This document shows, piece after piece, positions 10,473 to 23,368 of a stretch of DNA of 64,000 bases; position 1 is the first letter of the stretch; the number at the start of each line of letters is the position of its first letter. The position numbers were made by a program, and so were the translations under genes. The DNA comes from Octopus sinensis (lineage: Eukaryota), in assembly GCF_006345805.1 (NCBI RefSeq), contig NC_043000.1, positions 112,778,001 through 112,842,000 on the forward strand, given 5' to 3'. The notes beneath the pieces are model-generated. The model saw only the letters and a program-made list of their open reading frames with translations. It did no database searches and was not told where the DNA came from.

Positions 10473-12621
10473 TTAGGTTGTCAAGAAACCTCTTGCGGAA
10501 TTTTAATTTTGGTTTTAAATGATGTATTTTCAAATTAATTTTAATGAAATTACTTTGACTTTATATATCATTTTAAAGCCTGTTTTTCGCTCTATCTAAT
10601 CGTGTTACTGTTTTCATGTTTGAATAATTAGGCGATTTTTTTTCCGGAACGTTGAATACAACACGGACAAAAAGCAAAGTCACACAATCTTCTTATTCTA
10701 TTTGAAGCTAGGTAGAAAAGCCGCTGAAACAGCTCGCGATGTCAACGATGCGTTTGGCCTAGGAGCCACTAATGTAAGTCCAGCACAATGGTGATTAAAG
10801 AAATTTCGTAGCGGGGGCGAGAGTCTTGAAGTGGTCGGCCATTGGATGTTGACAACGATCAACTAAGATGTCAAACTGGTCGCTCCTCGCGGTGATATAG
10901 AGGATCTTCGTCGATGCCTCCACCAAATTTGGAGATGGTCTAACGAATGGGACCTGTGTCTGAACGTGTCAAAGTGCTGTCATCTGCCTGTTGGCTCTCC
11001 TCCTGCAACTCAACTTCATTTCGAGCCGGGTCGTCTGCTGCTGGAGAGGACCGATCAGGTAAAGGACCTGGGTATCTTGGTGGATTCCTCCTTTTCGCCT
11101 TCGGCCCAGTGCGTCCATGCTGCCAAAAAAGCACGCGAAGTTCTGTTCTTGATTCGACGGTCATTCGGAATGCTCACAGCAGCCATATTCCTACCGCTCT
11201 ATGTCACGCTGGTGAGACCCACATTGGAGTACGGGATTCAAGCCTCTTCTCCTTATCTCCTCAGAGACATACAGCATCTCGAAAGAGTCCAGAAGCTGGC
11301 TACCCGCATGGTTCATGGTCTCAAGAATTGGTTTTATGAAGAAAGGCTGAAGACGCTCGACCTTCATTCTCTAGAAAAACGACGACGCCGTGGTGATCTC
11401 ATTCTTGCTCACATCATAAGCGGAAAGTGTAACCTCTCGAAAGAGCTGTTCTTCACTCCTGCTCCAGAGCGTCGGCTGCGGGGTCATTCCGAAAAGCTCT
11501 ATCTGCGACGATTTCATCTCAATCGAAGGAGAAGGGCTTTCTCCGTCCGTGGAATAAGCTGCCAGACGAGATGGTGAAGATGCCGACGACCGCTCGGATC
11601 AAAGTCTCCCTTTCACCACAAGTGGCCTGAACTCTTTACATGAACACTTCCCTGTACATAACTCCATGTCCCCCTACATGGCCTAGCTTTTTGCTTTTTG
11701 AGCCAAAAAATTAACTAACTAACTAACTAAGAGCCTTAGCTGAAGCCAATCCACGTACAACTGTTCGAGAGCTTGCTTCTGAATTAGACGTAACTTATAC
11801 GACAATTTCCAACCACTTGAAAGTGATTGGAAAAACAAAAATACTAGAGAAATGGGTGCTACACGAATTGAACGACAAAAAAAAAAGAAACAAAAAAAAC
11901 GCCGTTTTGAAGTGTCGTGTTCCCTTCTTTTACACAACAAGAATGACCTGTTTCTCAACCGGATTGAGACTTGCGATGAAAAGTGGATTCTTTACGACAA
12001 TCGTCGATGCTCAGCTCAGTAGTTGGATGCCGAGGAAACTCCACGACACTTCCCGAAGCCAAAGTTGCACCAAAAGAAGGTCATGGTGACTGTTTGGTGG
12101 CCTGCGGCCGATCTCATCCATCACAGCTTTTTGGATCCAGGTGAAACCATTACGGCGGAGAAGTACTGTCAGCAAATGGATGAAATCCATAAGAAGCTCC
12201 GACAACAACAGCCGGCATTGGTCAATAGAAAAGGACCAATTCATCTCCACGACACCGCTAGGTCGCACGTCGCACAGCTGACCCTGCAGAAGTTGAACTA
12301 ACTGGGCTACGAAACTCTGCCTCACCCGCCATACTCACCAGACCCCTTGCCTACCAACTGCCACTTTTTCAAGCATCTCGACAACTTCCTGCGTGAGAAA
12401 TTCTTCAAAAACCAAAACGACGCCAAACACGCCTTCAACGACTTCATCGCTACTAGAACGCAGGATTTTTACGCTACCGGCATAAATAAACTTGTCACGC
12501 GTTGGCAAAAGTGTGTTGATTCTGGTGGTGTTTATTTCGATTAATAAAGTTTTGTCTGGGCCGAGATATGAGCATCTGAATTTAAAGGTTAAAAACCGCA
12601 AGAACTTTCTTGATAACCTAA
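10473..12621 (+). mobile_element. Mariner DNA transposon, TIR to TIR, transposase inactivated and split by a LINE
   Basis: 26-bp TIRs ttaggttgtcaagaaacctcttgcgg (10473-98) and ccgcaagaactttcttgataacctaa (12596-621), 3 mismatches, TA on both flanks. The pseudo-ORF from ~10663 to stop 12544 has WVLHEL, TCDEKW, HLHDTARSH and HPPYSPD motifs; the third catalytic D reads N. Confidence 0.95.
10869..11724 (+). mobile_element. CR1-type LINE, 5'-truncated (RT C-terminus and 3'UTR)
   Basis: Frame is open 10867-11577: DVKLV...DLGILVD...LEYG...ERVQKLATRMVHGL...EERLKTLDLHSLEKRRRRGDLI. It has an (AACT)n tail and TSD AACTAAGA at 10861-68 and 11725-32. Confidence 0.93.
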
Positions 12622-12818
12622 TATATATATATATATATATATATAGCACAATTTTTATAAATTCTTAACTCATAGGACGTCGACCAATTACTAGTTTGAT
12701 AAGTGCTAATACACGAAACTATCGGACATTGAGTCACTCTGTTACTTCTGGTAGATATTAATGAAAACATATATCTACTCATATTTTTTGTTCTATTTTT
12801 CTCGTTTGCATCAACATA

Positions 12819-12888
<70 letters not shown>

Positions 12889-13180
12889 AGTACGCTTTTA
12901 TAAATATGCATACAGACATAGATACATAAACACATAATCACACAGACACATACCTATAGACACACGAATACTCCTACACCCTGTATGTTCGTGATTTTAT
13001 CACCTGTTAATATTTTTATAAACAAGAATATCTGTGTATGTGTGTGTGTTTTTGAGTATATGTGTGTGTATGCGTGTGTTTTTCTCTGTATTCTTTGGTG
13101 TGTAAATATGTCAATATTCACAAAAAATAACCATAACTTTGTATCGACAAACATACATAAATATAAGCACGGAGCTGTAC

Positions 13181-13218
<38 letters not shown>

Positions 13219-13234
13219 TTCATTATTATTATTA

Positions 13235-13287
<53 letters not shown>

Positions 13288-14180
13288 TTTTTTGGAAATA
13301 ATTCTATTTTCTATATATTTGTAAACAATACTTCTAAGTTAAAAAAATTTACATACACCAACCAAAAAAAAATGAAATAGAACAGACAGAAAATAAAGCA
13401 AAACGCTGCGAGTAGCCATGCCTACCGTCTACCTTATCTTATTACTGAGTGTTAAGTGTTTGGAATCGGTGGAAACGTTTCGCTTGCAATGTCTGCCTTG
13501 TGTTTTGGCATTGAAATAAAGTTATTACATTTCAATTTTTAAGAGACACTCGTAATTGTTGTTGCAATGCAGTGGTTCCTAAACTGGACGGTACTGCCCC
13601 AATGAGGGCGATGGAAAGATTCCGGGGGAGCGTCGAAGAAAAGTCGAACGATAGTGGTGTGTTCAAAAGGGGTCGATGGAGGTAAAAATAACAAAATAAT
13701 GGGCTAATCAGTTTAAGTTTCAATTGTGTTTTGAATTTGCTGCAGAAAGTGGTCTATGTTTATGGTGGTGCGTAGAGGGGTGCTAGGAATGTGGCCTGAG
13801 TTTTGGAACCACTTTTGTAATAGATATTGTTGTCGAGTCCCAGTTCTATTGTGATGGTGCAAATATACCTATGCTCAAAAGATTTCCGGCCGCAGCCATT
13901 CCGATTTTGTTCTAGCGGTTCAGAGTGCTGTTTTCATTTCAAAACTACATTATATAATGTCTTTTTGCTTTGCAGAGAATATAAGGTCTTGCTTGAGTTG
14001 GGAAGTTTGGTTGGCATTTCTTCTTAATTATGTGACCGTGTGTTGACCATTGTTGTTGAATCGAATCTTAAGAATACTTCAAACAAGGCTTTATTTCTAA
14101 GTTGTACAGAAAGAAGTATTTCCAAAACTCAGTTAACATAATGACCTCTTGAATAATATTTTCTGATATAGACAAAAATT

Positions 14181-14715
14181 TGGGAAAGGAGGTAGTTGAT
14201 TTCATCGACCCCAGTACTCAACTGGTACTTATTTTATCGACTTCGACCTCAGCTGAATTTGAACCCATTGACATCTCTATTAATCCTTTATACTGTAGAC
14301 ACAAACCTGAACTTTTGGAGGAGAGCCTAGGTCGTTTACATCGACCCCATTGTTCGACTGGCACTTATTTTATCGATTCCACAAGGATGAAAGGCAACGT
14401 CAACCTCGGCGACAAATTTGAACTCAGAACATGAAGACACATGGAATGCCGCTATGCATTTTGCTCGATTCTGCAAACGATTCTGCCGGCTCGCCAAATT
14501 GTATGATATCTTTAACAATCTTTTCTACTCTAGGTATAAGGTCCGAAAATTTGTGGGGAGGGGATCGACCCCAGTACGTAGCTGCTACTTAATCTATCGA
14601 CCCCGAAAGGATAAAAGGCAAAGTCGACGTCGGCGAAATTTGAAATCAGAACGTAGCGACTGACGAAATACTAAGTATTTCTCCTGGTGTGCCAACGTTT
14701 CTGCCAGCTCGCCGC
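14181..14715 (-). mobile_element. Cluster of 2-3 SINE family A copies or fragments
   Basis: Reverse-complement matches at ~14181-14240, 14336-14495 and 14521-14715. Confidence 0.8.
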
Positions 14716-14776
14716 TTTGTGACATCCTTAATAATGATATGACTCTGTTAGTAGTAAGGGTATTAAATATGGTCAA

Positions 14777-15190
14777 GGCGGCGAGCTGGCAGAAACGTTA
14801 GCACACCGGGCATAATGCTTAGCGGTATTTCGTCTGCCGCTGCATTCTGAGTTCAAATTCCGCCGAGGTCGACTTTGCTTTTTATCCTTTCGGAGTCGAT
14901 AAATTAAGCACCAGTTATGCACTGTGGTCGATTTAATCGATTTAATCCGTTCGTCTATCCTTGTTTGTCCCCTCTGTGTTTAGCCCCTTTTGGGTAGTAA
15001 AGAAATAGGTATTTCGTCTGGCGCTACGTTCTGAGTTCAAATTCCGCCGAGGTCGACTTTACCTTTCATCCTTCGGGGTCGATAAATTAAGCACCAGTTA
15101 CGCACTGGGGTCGATATAATCAACTTAATCCGTTTGTCTGTCCTTGTTTGTCCCCTCTGTGTTTAGCCCCTTGTGGGTAGTAAAGAAATA
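14777..15190 (+). mobile_element. SINE family A head-to-tail ~1.7-mer with 14-bp TSD
   Basis: A full copy is followed by a second body starting at ggtatttcgtctg (~15007). TSD GGTATTAAATATGG at 14759-72 and 15191-204. Confidence 0.92.
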
Positions 15191-15787
15191 GGTATTAAAT
15201 ATGGCCCTATATTCATTTAGAAATAGTTTTATCTGATTCGAGTTCAATCTTTAGAGAAATATATTTCTTACCTCTCAAGGTTTCTGAATTGTTATGACGT
15301 AAGCAACATCTAGTTCAGGTAGGCAAGAATAAAGCTTTAGAACTGAAATGTTTGAAGGCTTGCTTTGAATCAATGGTAGAAAGCCTGTCAAGTTTGCAAA
15401 TGACATGGGCGCTTTTGAATTTTGCCATCCAAGTGTGTATTCTTTAAAGAAATTTTATATTTACCGAACTACTCTTTACACCATTATCTGTCTGTAATTA
15501 CATTTAACGGATATTTGTCCTCATCTTGTTTATTGTTCACACAACGTTTCAGCTGATTCCGAGTTCAATTCCAGGCAGTGGCCTGAATAATAATAATAAT
15601 AATAATAATTATCTGTTTTTGCTCCATCGTTAAAAATGATTTTCGCATACATCTTCAATTTTCCAAATTCTTATGGTATATATGTACATACTCTCCCTCC
15701 TCTCTCTCTCTCTCTCTGTTTACTTGTCTTGTTTTCTATTTTTTCTTGTTTACGTATTTCATGTTATTTGCACCGATGGTGACGTCC

Positions 15788-15870
<83 letters not shown>

Positions 15871-15904
15871 TATCTTATTTATTATGTATTATACATATAT
15901 ATAT

Positions 15905-16270
15905 ATGTCCTGTTTTTGTTACCATTTTTACCCCTCTGCAAAAAGATCTCGAATTTTATTTGATTTGCTTTTCGCAGGAAGGAAAGTTTCTATCGAAGAT
16001 ACGTCTCGCCTTCACCTTCGAAACGTAGAGTAGATGAAACCATGGCGACTGAAGAAGGGGTTTTTTCCCTTGTTTTATTTGTCCTGTACTCTATTTTTGT
16101 TGTTGTTTAAGAAAAATGTCCAGTTCCTTGGGTTTGTGTCTATGTTTTCGTTTCTCATTGTGTTCGACGTTTTTTTGGTGTCCTGTACTCATATATGCGT
16201 GTATATATACATGTAGAGGTAGGTACGTACATATATGTATATATATATATGCATATGTTTTATTTATTAA
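15905..16270 (+). mobile_element. Structured interspersed repeat, copy 1 of 3
   Basis: Homologous to 60713-61060 and 61568-61932. Confidence 0.8.
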
Positions 16271-16275
16271 TATAT

Positions 16276-16307
<32 letters not shown>

Positions 16308-16779
16308 CATTTCTGTTTCCCCATCTTCTCTCTGTCTCTCTCTCTACTATATTTTCTTATTCTCTCCTTCCTACACACACACACACTCTCTCCCTCTCTC
16401 TACCCCATTCTCTCTTTATTCCCCCTCCCTCTCAGCCCCCCCTTCCACGCTCTCTTTCGCACCATTTCCAAGACCTCTGAATATTCATAATTCTTCCTAA
16501 GTCCACCAAAGACAGAGCTGGAATGCTGAACAACCAGTTGTTTCCTCTCCTTTGATCTCCTTCCATACAAATTATGATCGAATTAAAACTTTATGGACAA
16601 TGCATTCACCGATTCTTCCTCTTCTTTTTTCTCTTCTCTCCTCTATGTATGTGTGTGTGTCAGTGTGTCCGTGTGTGTGTGTCAGTGTGTGTGTGTGTGT
16701 GTGCTCGTAGCAAATGTTTTTGCTGTTGTTGTAGTTAATGCTCATGTTAAGAATAGTTGTTGCTATTGTTTGTGTTTTT

Positions 16780-17042
16780 GTTGTTGTTGCTGCTGCTGGA
16801 ACTGTCGATGTTCATGTTGGCGCTAATATTATTTTAATGTCGTGGTCGGTGCCTTTATTGCTGTTCATGTTGTTCATTATGGTGGATGTCTTGATGTTGT
16901 TGCAGCTATTTCGTTGTTGTTGTTGTTGTTGTTTTTGATAGTGTTTTAGCTATTTTTTTTTATTTCCTTCTACGTGCGACAAGGAAATCTACTTAAAATA
17001 TTAAACACGCTAGTAGCAGCAGCAGCAACAACAACAGCAGTG

Positions 17043-17108
<66 letters not shown>

Positions 17109-17133
17109 TGGCAGAGATTTCGATGGCGGTGGT

Positions 17134-17166
<33 letters not shown>

Positions 17167-17358
17167 TATTATTATTATTATTATTATTATTATGTAGTAG
17201 TAGTAGTAGTAGTAGTGGTGGTGTGTGTGGTAGTAGCAGTAGTAGTAGAAGTAGTGGTGGTGGTGGTGGTGGTAGCAGTAGTAGTAGTAGTAGTGGTGGT
17301 GGTGGTGGTAGTAGTAGTGGTGGTGGTGGTGTTGCTAGTGGTAGTAGTAGAAGTAATT

Positions 17359-17400
<42 letters not shown>

Positions 17401-17554
17401 TCAGTTGTAGTAGTAGTAATTGTAATAGTAGTAGTAGTAGTAGTAATTGTAGTATTAGTAGTAGTAGTGGCAGAGATTTCGATGGCGGTGGTGGTTGTGA
17501 TTGTGTCGGTTGCTGCAGCAGTTTGCGCCAGGGCTGGTGGTGATGGTGGCAGTG

Positions 17555-17640
<86 letters not shown>

Positions 17641-17951
17641 TGTTGTATTAGTAGTAGTAGTACTAGTGGTGGTGATGGTGGTGGATTGTGATGAAGATCG
17701 TTTTGGCGGTTGCACTGGATGTAGTAGTGCTTATTGTGATGCTTGTAGTGGAGGCTGTACGTGGTGGCGGTGGTGGTAGCGGTAGTAGTAAAGGTGTTGG
17801 TTCTAGTGGTAGTTTTAAAATGTTGGTGATGTCAGTGGCGATGGTACGGGTGGTATGGTGGCAATTATGTGTGTGTGGAAGTGATAATAGCTGCTTTTGT
17901 GATCGTACACATTATGTTGGTAGTAGAAGTAGTAGCAGTAGTAATAGCAGC

Positions 17952-17998
<47 letters not shown>

Positions 17999-18340
17999 TA
18001 GTAGTAGTAAAAGCAGGGATGTTAATTGTTTGTGGTAAACGTGATAGTCGTGGTGGGAGTAGAGAAGATATAGTTGTTTGGTGGAAATATCTTGTAATTA
18101 CTAAGACAATCGCAGCAATGGCGACGGCGTTGGTGTCTGTAACGGTATTTTTGGTAAAGTATTAAAACGATTACCTGACAATGAGCGCGCAGCGCTATAA
18201 TGACACTTCTGGCGATGGTTTTTGAAGTGGTTGTGGTTGTGGTTGTGGTGTTGGTGGTGGTGGTGATAGTGATTGCAGTGGTTGCATTTATGGTTGTATC
18301 GATGTTACCGTTGTTGCTGATGTCGCTGATGTTGCTGATT
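16780..18340. repeat. Compound degenerate trinucleotide microsatellite (GTT/AGT/GGT/ATT/GCA)
   Basis: Read directly; internal duplication gtggcagagatttcgatggcggtggt at ~17106 and ~17466. Confidence 0.9.
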
Positions 18341-19955
18341 ATCTCCAGTGAAACTCCGAGCAAAATCGTTACTATTGCAACCATCTCGAAAATTTAACCA
18401 TGATTTAAGAACTTTGCAAGTGATTTGAGGGTTATTTCGTTGTTATTTCTTGCAAATTCAGTCGATCACGTAAGCATCCGTAGCGGTGGTGTTTATAGCG
18501 TTGGTTTTTTTTTTAGTGCTGTACTAAAAGGATTAGCGGATAATAATAAAGAAAGCAAACACATTGAAATATCATTAGTAAACAATGCATCGGAATTTGA
18601 TTATCTGAAACCCTTTAGAAATAGTTGTCACACAATCATTTATTCAATTGTCATTGGTATATACGTGATAATTTCTTCGATTCTTGCATGGATGGACCTC
18701 ATCTTTTCATGTTCACTTACATCTATATAAACAAACAAAGAAACAGTTATTGCTAATAAGTCTGAACGAGAGTGGAACAATTGTATTTCGGTGAATTCAC
18801 AAAAATTTTTTTGTTTATTTACTATCATGTCGCTTCTCGCTTTCAATCGTTGGGTGGAACGCTGATTTAGTCTTCAATTCGATTCAGGTTTTAATGAAAC
18901 TAATCAGAATGTAATTATGCTTTCATTATTTCTGTCTCTCTATAAATATAAACTCAAGTCTTAACCGTATACTGGCGCGATACCGAGAAGTTATTGAACT
19001 TCGATTACGATTATTATGTCACTGGTGTCATTCGTGGATCTGGTGTTGCATTATGCACTTAGGATGGAACATTATTTCACGTTACCCAGGAATATTCGAA
19101 TGAAATAATGACCCAGCAAATACTGGTGCAGCTCTCTCTTCTCCAGCTGGTTCAATAGAAAGGAAGGCCCTCAGAGTGCCTATGTCTACTCATGAACATA
19201 TAAGCATCTAAATCAATTAGTAAAGTCAGAGTACAAGCTACTAGATCATATTCCTTCGCGAGTGACACCTAGGGAGAGAGGCAAACGGTAAAGTAGTGCC
19301 TGGAAATTTTTACAGGGAATTTACTGACAAAACCTAAATATTTTTACCAAAGGTTGAGTAAATTTTATGAACGAAGATGAGCACATGTTCCCTTTGAAAG
19401 CGAATAATGTGTTCGAGGCTAAGCCAAACGCCATGATGTGCTTGATGGAGTGGTCAGTGGAGTGAGAATGTCGAGAGACAGGTGAGCTATTACCGAGTGA
19501 AATGTATCTTATAAAATCACGAACCTATTAGACAGTCGGTTTACTTCTCATAATTCCATAAGGAATTTTGGAGCGGATATATATATATATATATGTGTGT
19601 GTGTGCGCGCGCGCTTGTATGTGAGAGTGTGTGTGTATGTGTGTATGTATGTATGTGTGTACGAGCTATATATATATAGGCATTCATTTAAATGCATATG
19701 TCTGTGTGAGAGTGTGCGAATATGACCAAGTAGGTTATCTTTGTGCAGTGGTGAATGCATCGTGAGAAGCTTTGTGGTGATAAGGCGGCCTTCCTCTTTT
19801 CTCAACACTTATTTAATCCAACATATTCAACACTTATTTAATCCACAGTATATCATTCTATAACATTCTTATTTAACCCATAGTAAGGCTTTATATTGTT
19901 AAAATATATTTCAGTTCTTCTGCTCAGTTATATGCATCTATGTATGTATATATAT

Positions 19956-19989
<34 letters not shown>

Positions 19990-20015
<26 letters not shown>

Positions 20016-21200
20016 TGTGAATGTCTGTCTGTCTGTCTATCTGTCTGTCTGTGTGTTTCCCTTAAACTTGAGAACTACACAACCAATTTCATTCAAATTT
20101 TACACATGCCTTACTTAAGGTCCGGGGAGTGTCATCGGCAAAAGAAAATCTTTTTCCTTAGGGCGACCCCACAGCAATATCATATTTTCTCCACTATTTC
20201 AGTATTACGTTTTAAAAGTGAAACAAAAACATCTCTCTTTTGTAATGCAGACACTTTCACTTTAATACTGAGACTATTAAAGTGAAAGTATTATATAACA
20301 GGGATGAACCATTAACAAGTGGTCATCCATTTTGCTAGAAGAAGATCCGCTATGGTCTTATATGCTACACCACTGGTTTTCAATTCATATTAATCAAATT
20401 AATATTCAATTTTTCACACTTATTATGTGTGTGTTTGTGTGTGTGTGTGTATTAGCAATTCATATAAAATTGCATCAATGACTTGAACTTGAATAAGTGG
20501 TTTCACATAAATGGGGATAAATTAAAAATGTTTGTTGTTATTATTATTAGTGTTTGACTATTGTAATCACGTTTGTTGGTTCCTCGTCAGGGAAATGATG
20601 TTGTGTTGCATTTGTTAAATAATTGTAAACCGTAACCCTCCCCCTTTAAAAATTGAATTGTGTCCCTGTTTGGGGAAATTGACAATATTTTCACCATCTT
20701 TACGGAAGCATTTTTGTTAAAATGCCTTCGATAAAAGAAAGTCCAAGAATGAATTTCGCTGCAGCTGTACACTTCTATACAAGAGGGAGGACAAGATCCA
20801 ATTGATCGAAACTGCAAGAGACGGGCCAACAATTCCAGTCTGTTATATATTTTGAGTATTGTTATCACTAGCGATATCAAGATATAACTTTATGGCAGGG
20901 ATTTTACCATGTTGTTCGTTGCACCATGGATCACAAAAAATTACAAACAACAAGATCCCAAAACGATCAGTTACCAGGCTCACCTTAAGTAACCTAATTT
21001 TGCAATATTAGGAGGTCACAGGAATTCATTCCACGAAAAAACATTTCCATCGATTCAGGGATTGGTAGGGTGAACCCCACCTAATTTTTTCCGAACCAAA
21101 ATAAGAGATTTGCAGCACATTAGGAGGTCATGGTCTTGATTCCACGCAAAAAATGTTTTCTTTCTTATTGAAAATCGTGCGGGTGTTAATATAGAAATTG
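19990..21200 (+). mobile_element. Probable Helitron-like non-autonomous element (5' part and internal sequence)
   Basis: Begins (TA)n-tataaaactgtgaatgtctgtctg like the 7105-7410 element. Internal block attaggagg...ttccacg occurs at ~21008, ~21119 and ~27097. Confidence 0.5.
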
Positions 21201-21654
21201 ACTATAATGTTGTTATTTGGCCTCAAATCAACCCTGATACTGAAAACGTATCATGAAAGTCATTCCAGCCTTCAGCAAACCGTCTGTGGAGCGATCAGGT
21301 AGAGGCTCTTTCATTGGTTCGATTTCGTGATAAGATGTTTTTTTTTACACATTTATATCATCGGCAGAAGTTAGAGAGTAAGTAAAAAACTGAGAGTTTC
21401 GTGTATTGGCACTTAACAAACACGAATTTGTCCATTGTCACTCTGTAACTTCAGACAAAATGATTTCTAAAGTACTAAATTTATCCAAAACGTTATTCTA
21501 CCAGGAACGGAAATTTGAAAGTGTTTAGTGAAAAAAAAATTAAAAGGACAAACATAATATGGTCAGAACATCACATTATCTCAGATATGGCTTACATCAT
21601 TGAATGGTGTCAAAAGGGTGGGGGTATTGTCTAATTATGGAAAACAACAGCAAT

Positions 21655-23368
21655 TCAAAAATTTTTCCCCAAATTTGAAAATTTTTTTAAAAATTGTCCC
21701 TAAAAATTTTTTGAAAATTTTCCTCAAAAATTTTTGGAAATTTTCCCCAAAAATTTTGGAGGAAACTTTTAAAAATATTTTTCAAAAATTTTTCAGAAAT
21801 TTTGATGAAAATTTTCAATAAATTTTTCAAAACTTTTAGGAGAAAATTTTCAAAATATTTTTCAAAAATTTTTCAAAAATTTTGATAAAAATTTTCAATA
21901 AATTTTTCAAAAATTTTTGAAAATTCTCCCCAAAAATTTTTCAGAAAAATTTTCAAAAAAGTTTTCAAAACATTTTGGGGAAAATTTTCAAACAATTTTT
22001 CAAAACTTTTAGGAGAAAATTTCCAAAATATTTTTCAAAAATTTTTGAGAAAAATTTTCAAAAAAGTTTTCAAAACATTTTGGAGAAAATTTTCAAAATA
22101 ATTTCCAAAAATTTTTCAAAAATTTTGGGGAAAAATTTTCAAAAAAGTTTTCAAAAATTTTGGGGGAAAATTTTCAAAAAAGTGTTCAAAAATTTTAGGG
22201 AAAGATTTTTTTTAAAGTTTTCTAAAATTTTTGGGGAAAATTTTCAAAAAGTTGTTCAAAAATTTTGGAGGAAAAATTTTCAAAAGAGTCTTCAAAAATT
22301 TTTCTGGAAAATTTTCAAAAAATTTTTCAAAACTTTTTCAGTGAAAATTTTCTAAAATATTTCAAAAGTTTTTGAGGAAACTTTCAAGAAAGTTTTCAAA
22401 AATTGTGGGGAAAATTTTCATAAAACTTTTCAAAAGTTTTTGGGGATAATTTTCAAAAAATTTTTCAAAACTTTTTGGACAAAATTTTCAAAAACGTCTT
22501 CAAAAATTTTGGGGGCAAATTTTCAAAAAAGTTTATTAAAAATTTCTGTGGAATATTTTCAGAAATTTGAGGAAAAATTTTCAAAAATTTGGGGAAAATT
22601 TTCAAAAAATTTGGAGGAAAAATTTTCAAAAAATTTCAAAAAATTTTTCAAAAATTTTTGACGAAAATTTTCAAAAAACTTTTCAGAACTTTTTGGGGAA
22701 AATTTTTGAAAAATCTTTGGAAAATTTTGGGGGAAAATTCTCAAAATTTTTCAAAAATTTTGGGGGAAAATTTTCAAAAAATTAAAAAGAAATTTTGGGG
22801 GAAATTTTCAAAAAAGTCTTTAAAAATTTTGGGGGCCAATTTTCAAAAAAGTTTTCAAAATTTTTGCTGTAAATTTTCAAAACTTCGGAGGAAAAATTTT
22901 CAAAAAACTTTCAACACATTTTTGAAAAATTTTTGGGGATAATTTTCAAAAAACTTTTCAAAACTTTTTGCCGAAAATTTTCAAGTCTTCAAAAATTTTG
23001 GGGGAAAATTTTCAAAAAAGTTTTCAAAAGTTTTTGGGGAAAATTTTCAAAAATATTTCAAAAATTTTTGAGGAAAATTTTCAAAAATTTTTCAAAAATT
23101 TGTGGGGAATTTTTCCAAAAATATTTCAAAAATGTTGGGGAAAAATTTTTTTAAAAATCTTTCAAACATTTTGAGGAAAATTTTCAAAAAATTTTTCAAA
23201 AATTTTTGAGGAAAATTTTCAAAAAATATTTCAAAAATTCTTTAGGAAAGTTTTCAAAAAATTTTTCTAAAATTTTGGGGGAAAAATTTCAAAAGAGGTT
23301 TTAAAAATTTTGGGACAAATTTTCCAAAAAATTTTTCAAAAATTTTTAGGGAAAATTTTCAAGAAATT
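21655..23368. repeat. 1.7-kb degenerate satellite, ~35-bp unit of three AnTn modules (gaaaattttc-like)
   Basis: G-runs end at 22130, 22166, 22200, 22236 and 22271 (34-36 bp spacing). The K/F/I-rich ORFs are artefacts. Confidence 0.92.

Noticed and set aside
13740-13960. Possible decayed LINE endonuclease (minus frame ...FLAPLYAPP)
   Set aside because: Only one short motif among many stops; not enough support.
15481-15556. Half hammerhead on the minus strand (AUCAGCU-GAAAC-GUU-GUGUG)
   Set aside because: The CUGANGA half is missing, so it is at most a truncated remnant.
16020-16070. Type II or III hammerhead using GAAACGTA plus downstream CTGAAGA (also ~60824-60860 and ~61679-61715)
   Set aside because: Stem I cannot form and no GAAA follows the downstream hairpin; kept only as an unexplained structured repeat.
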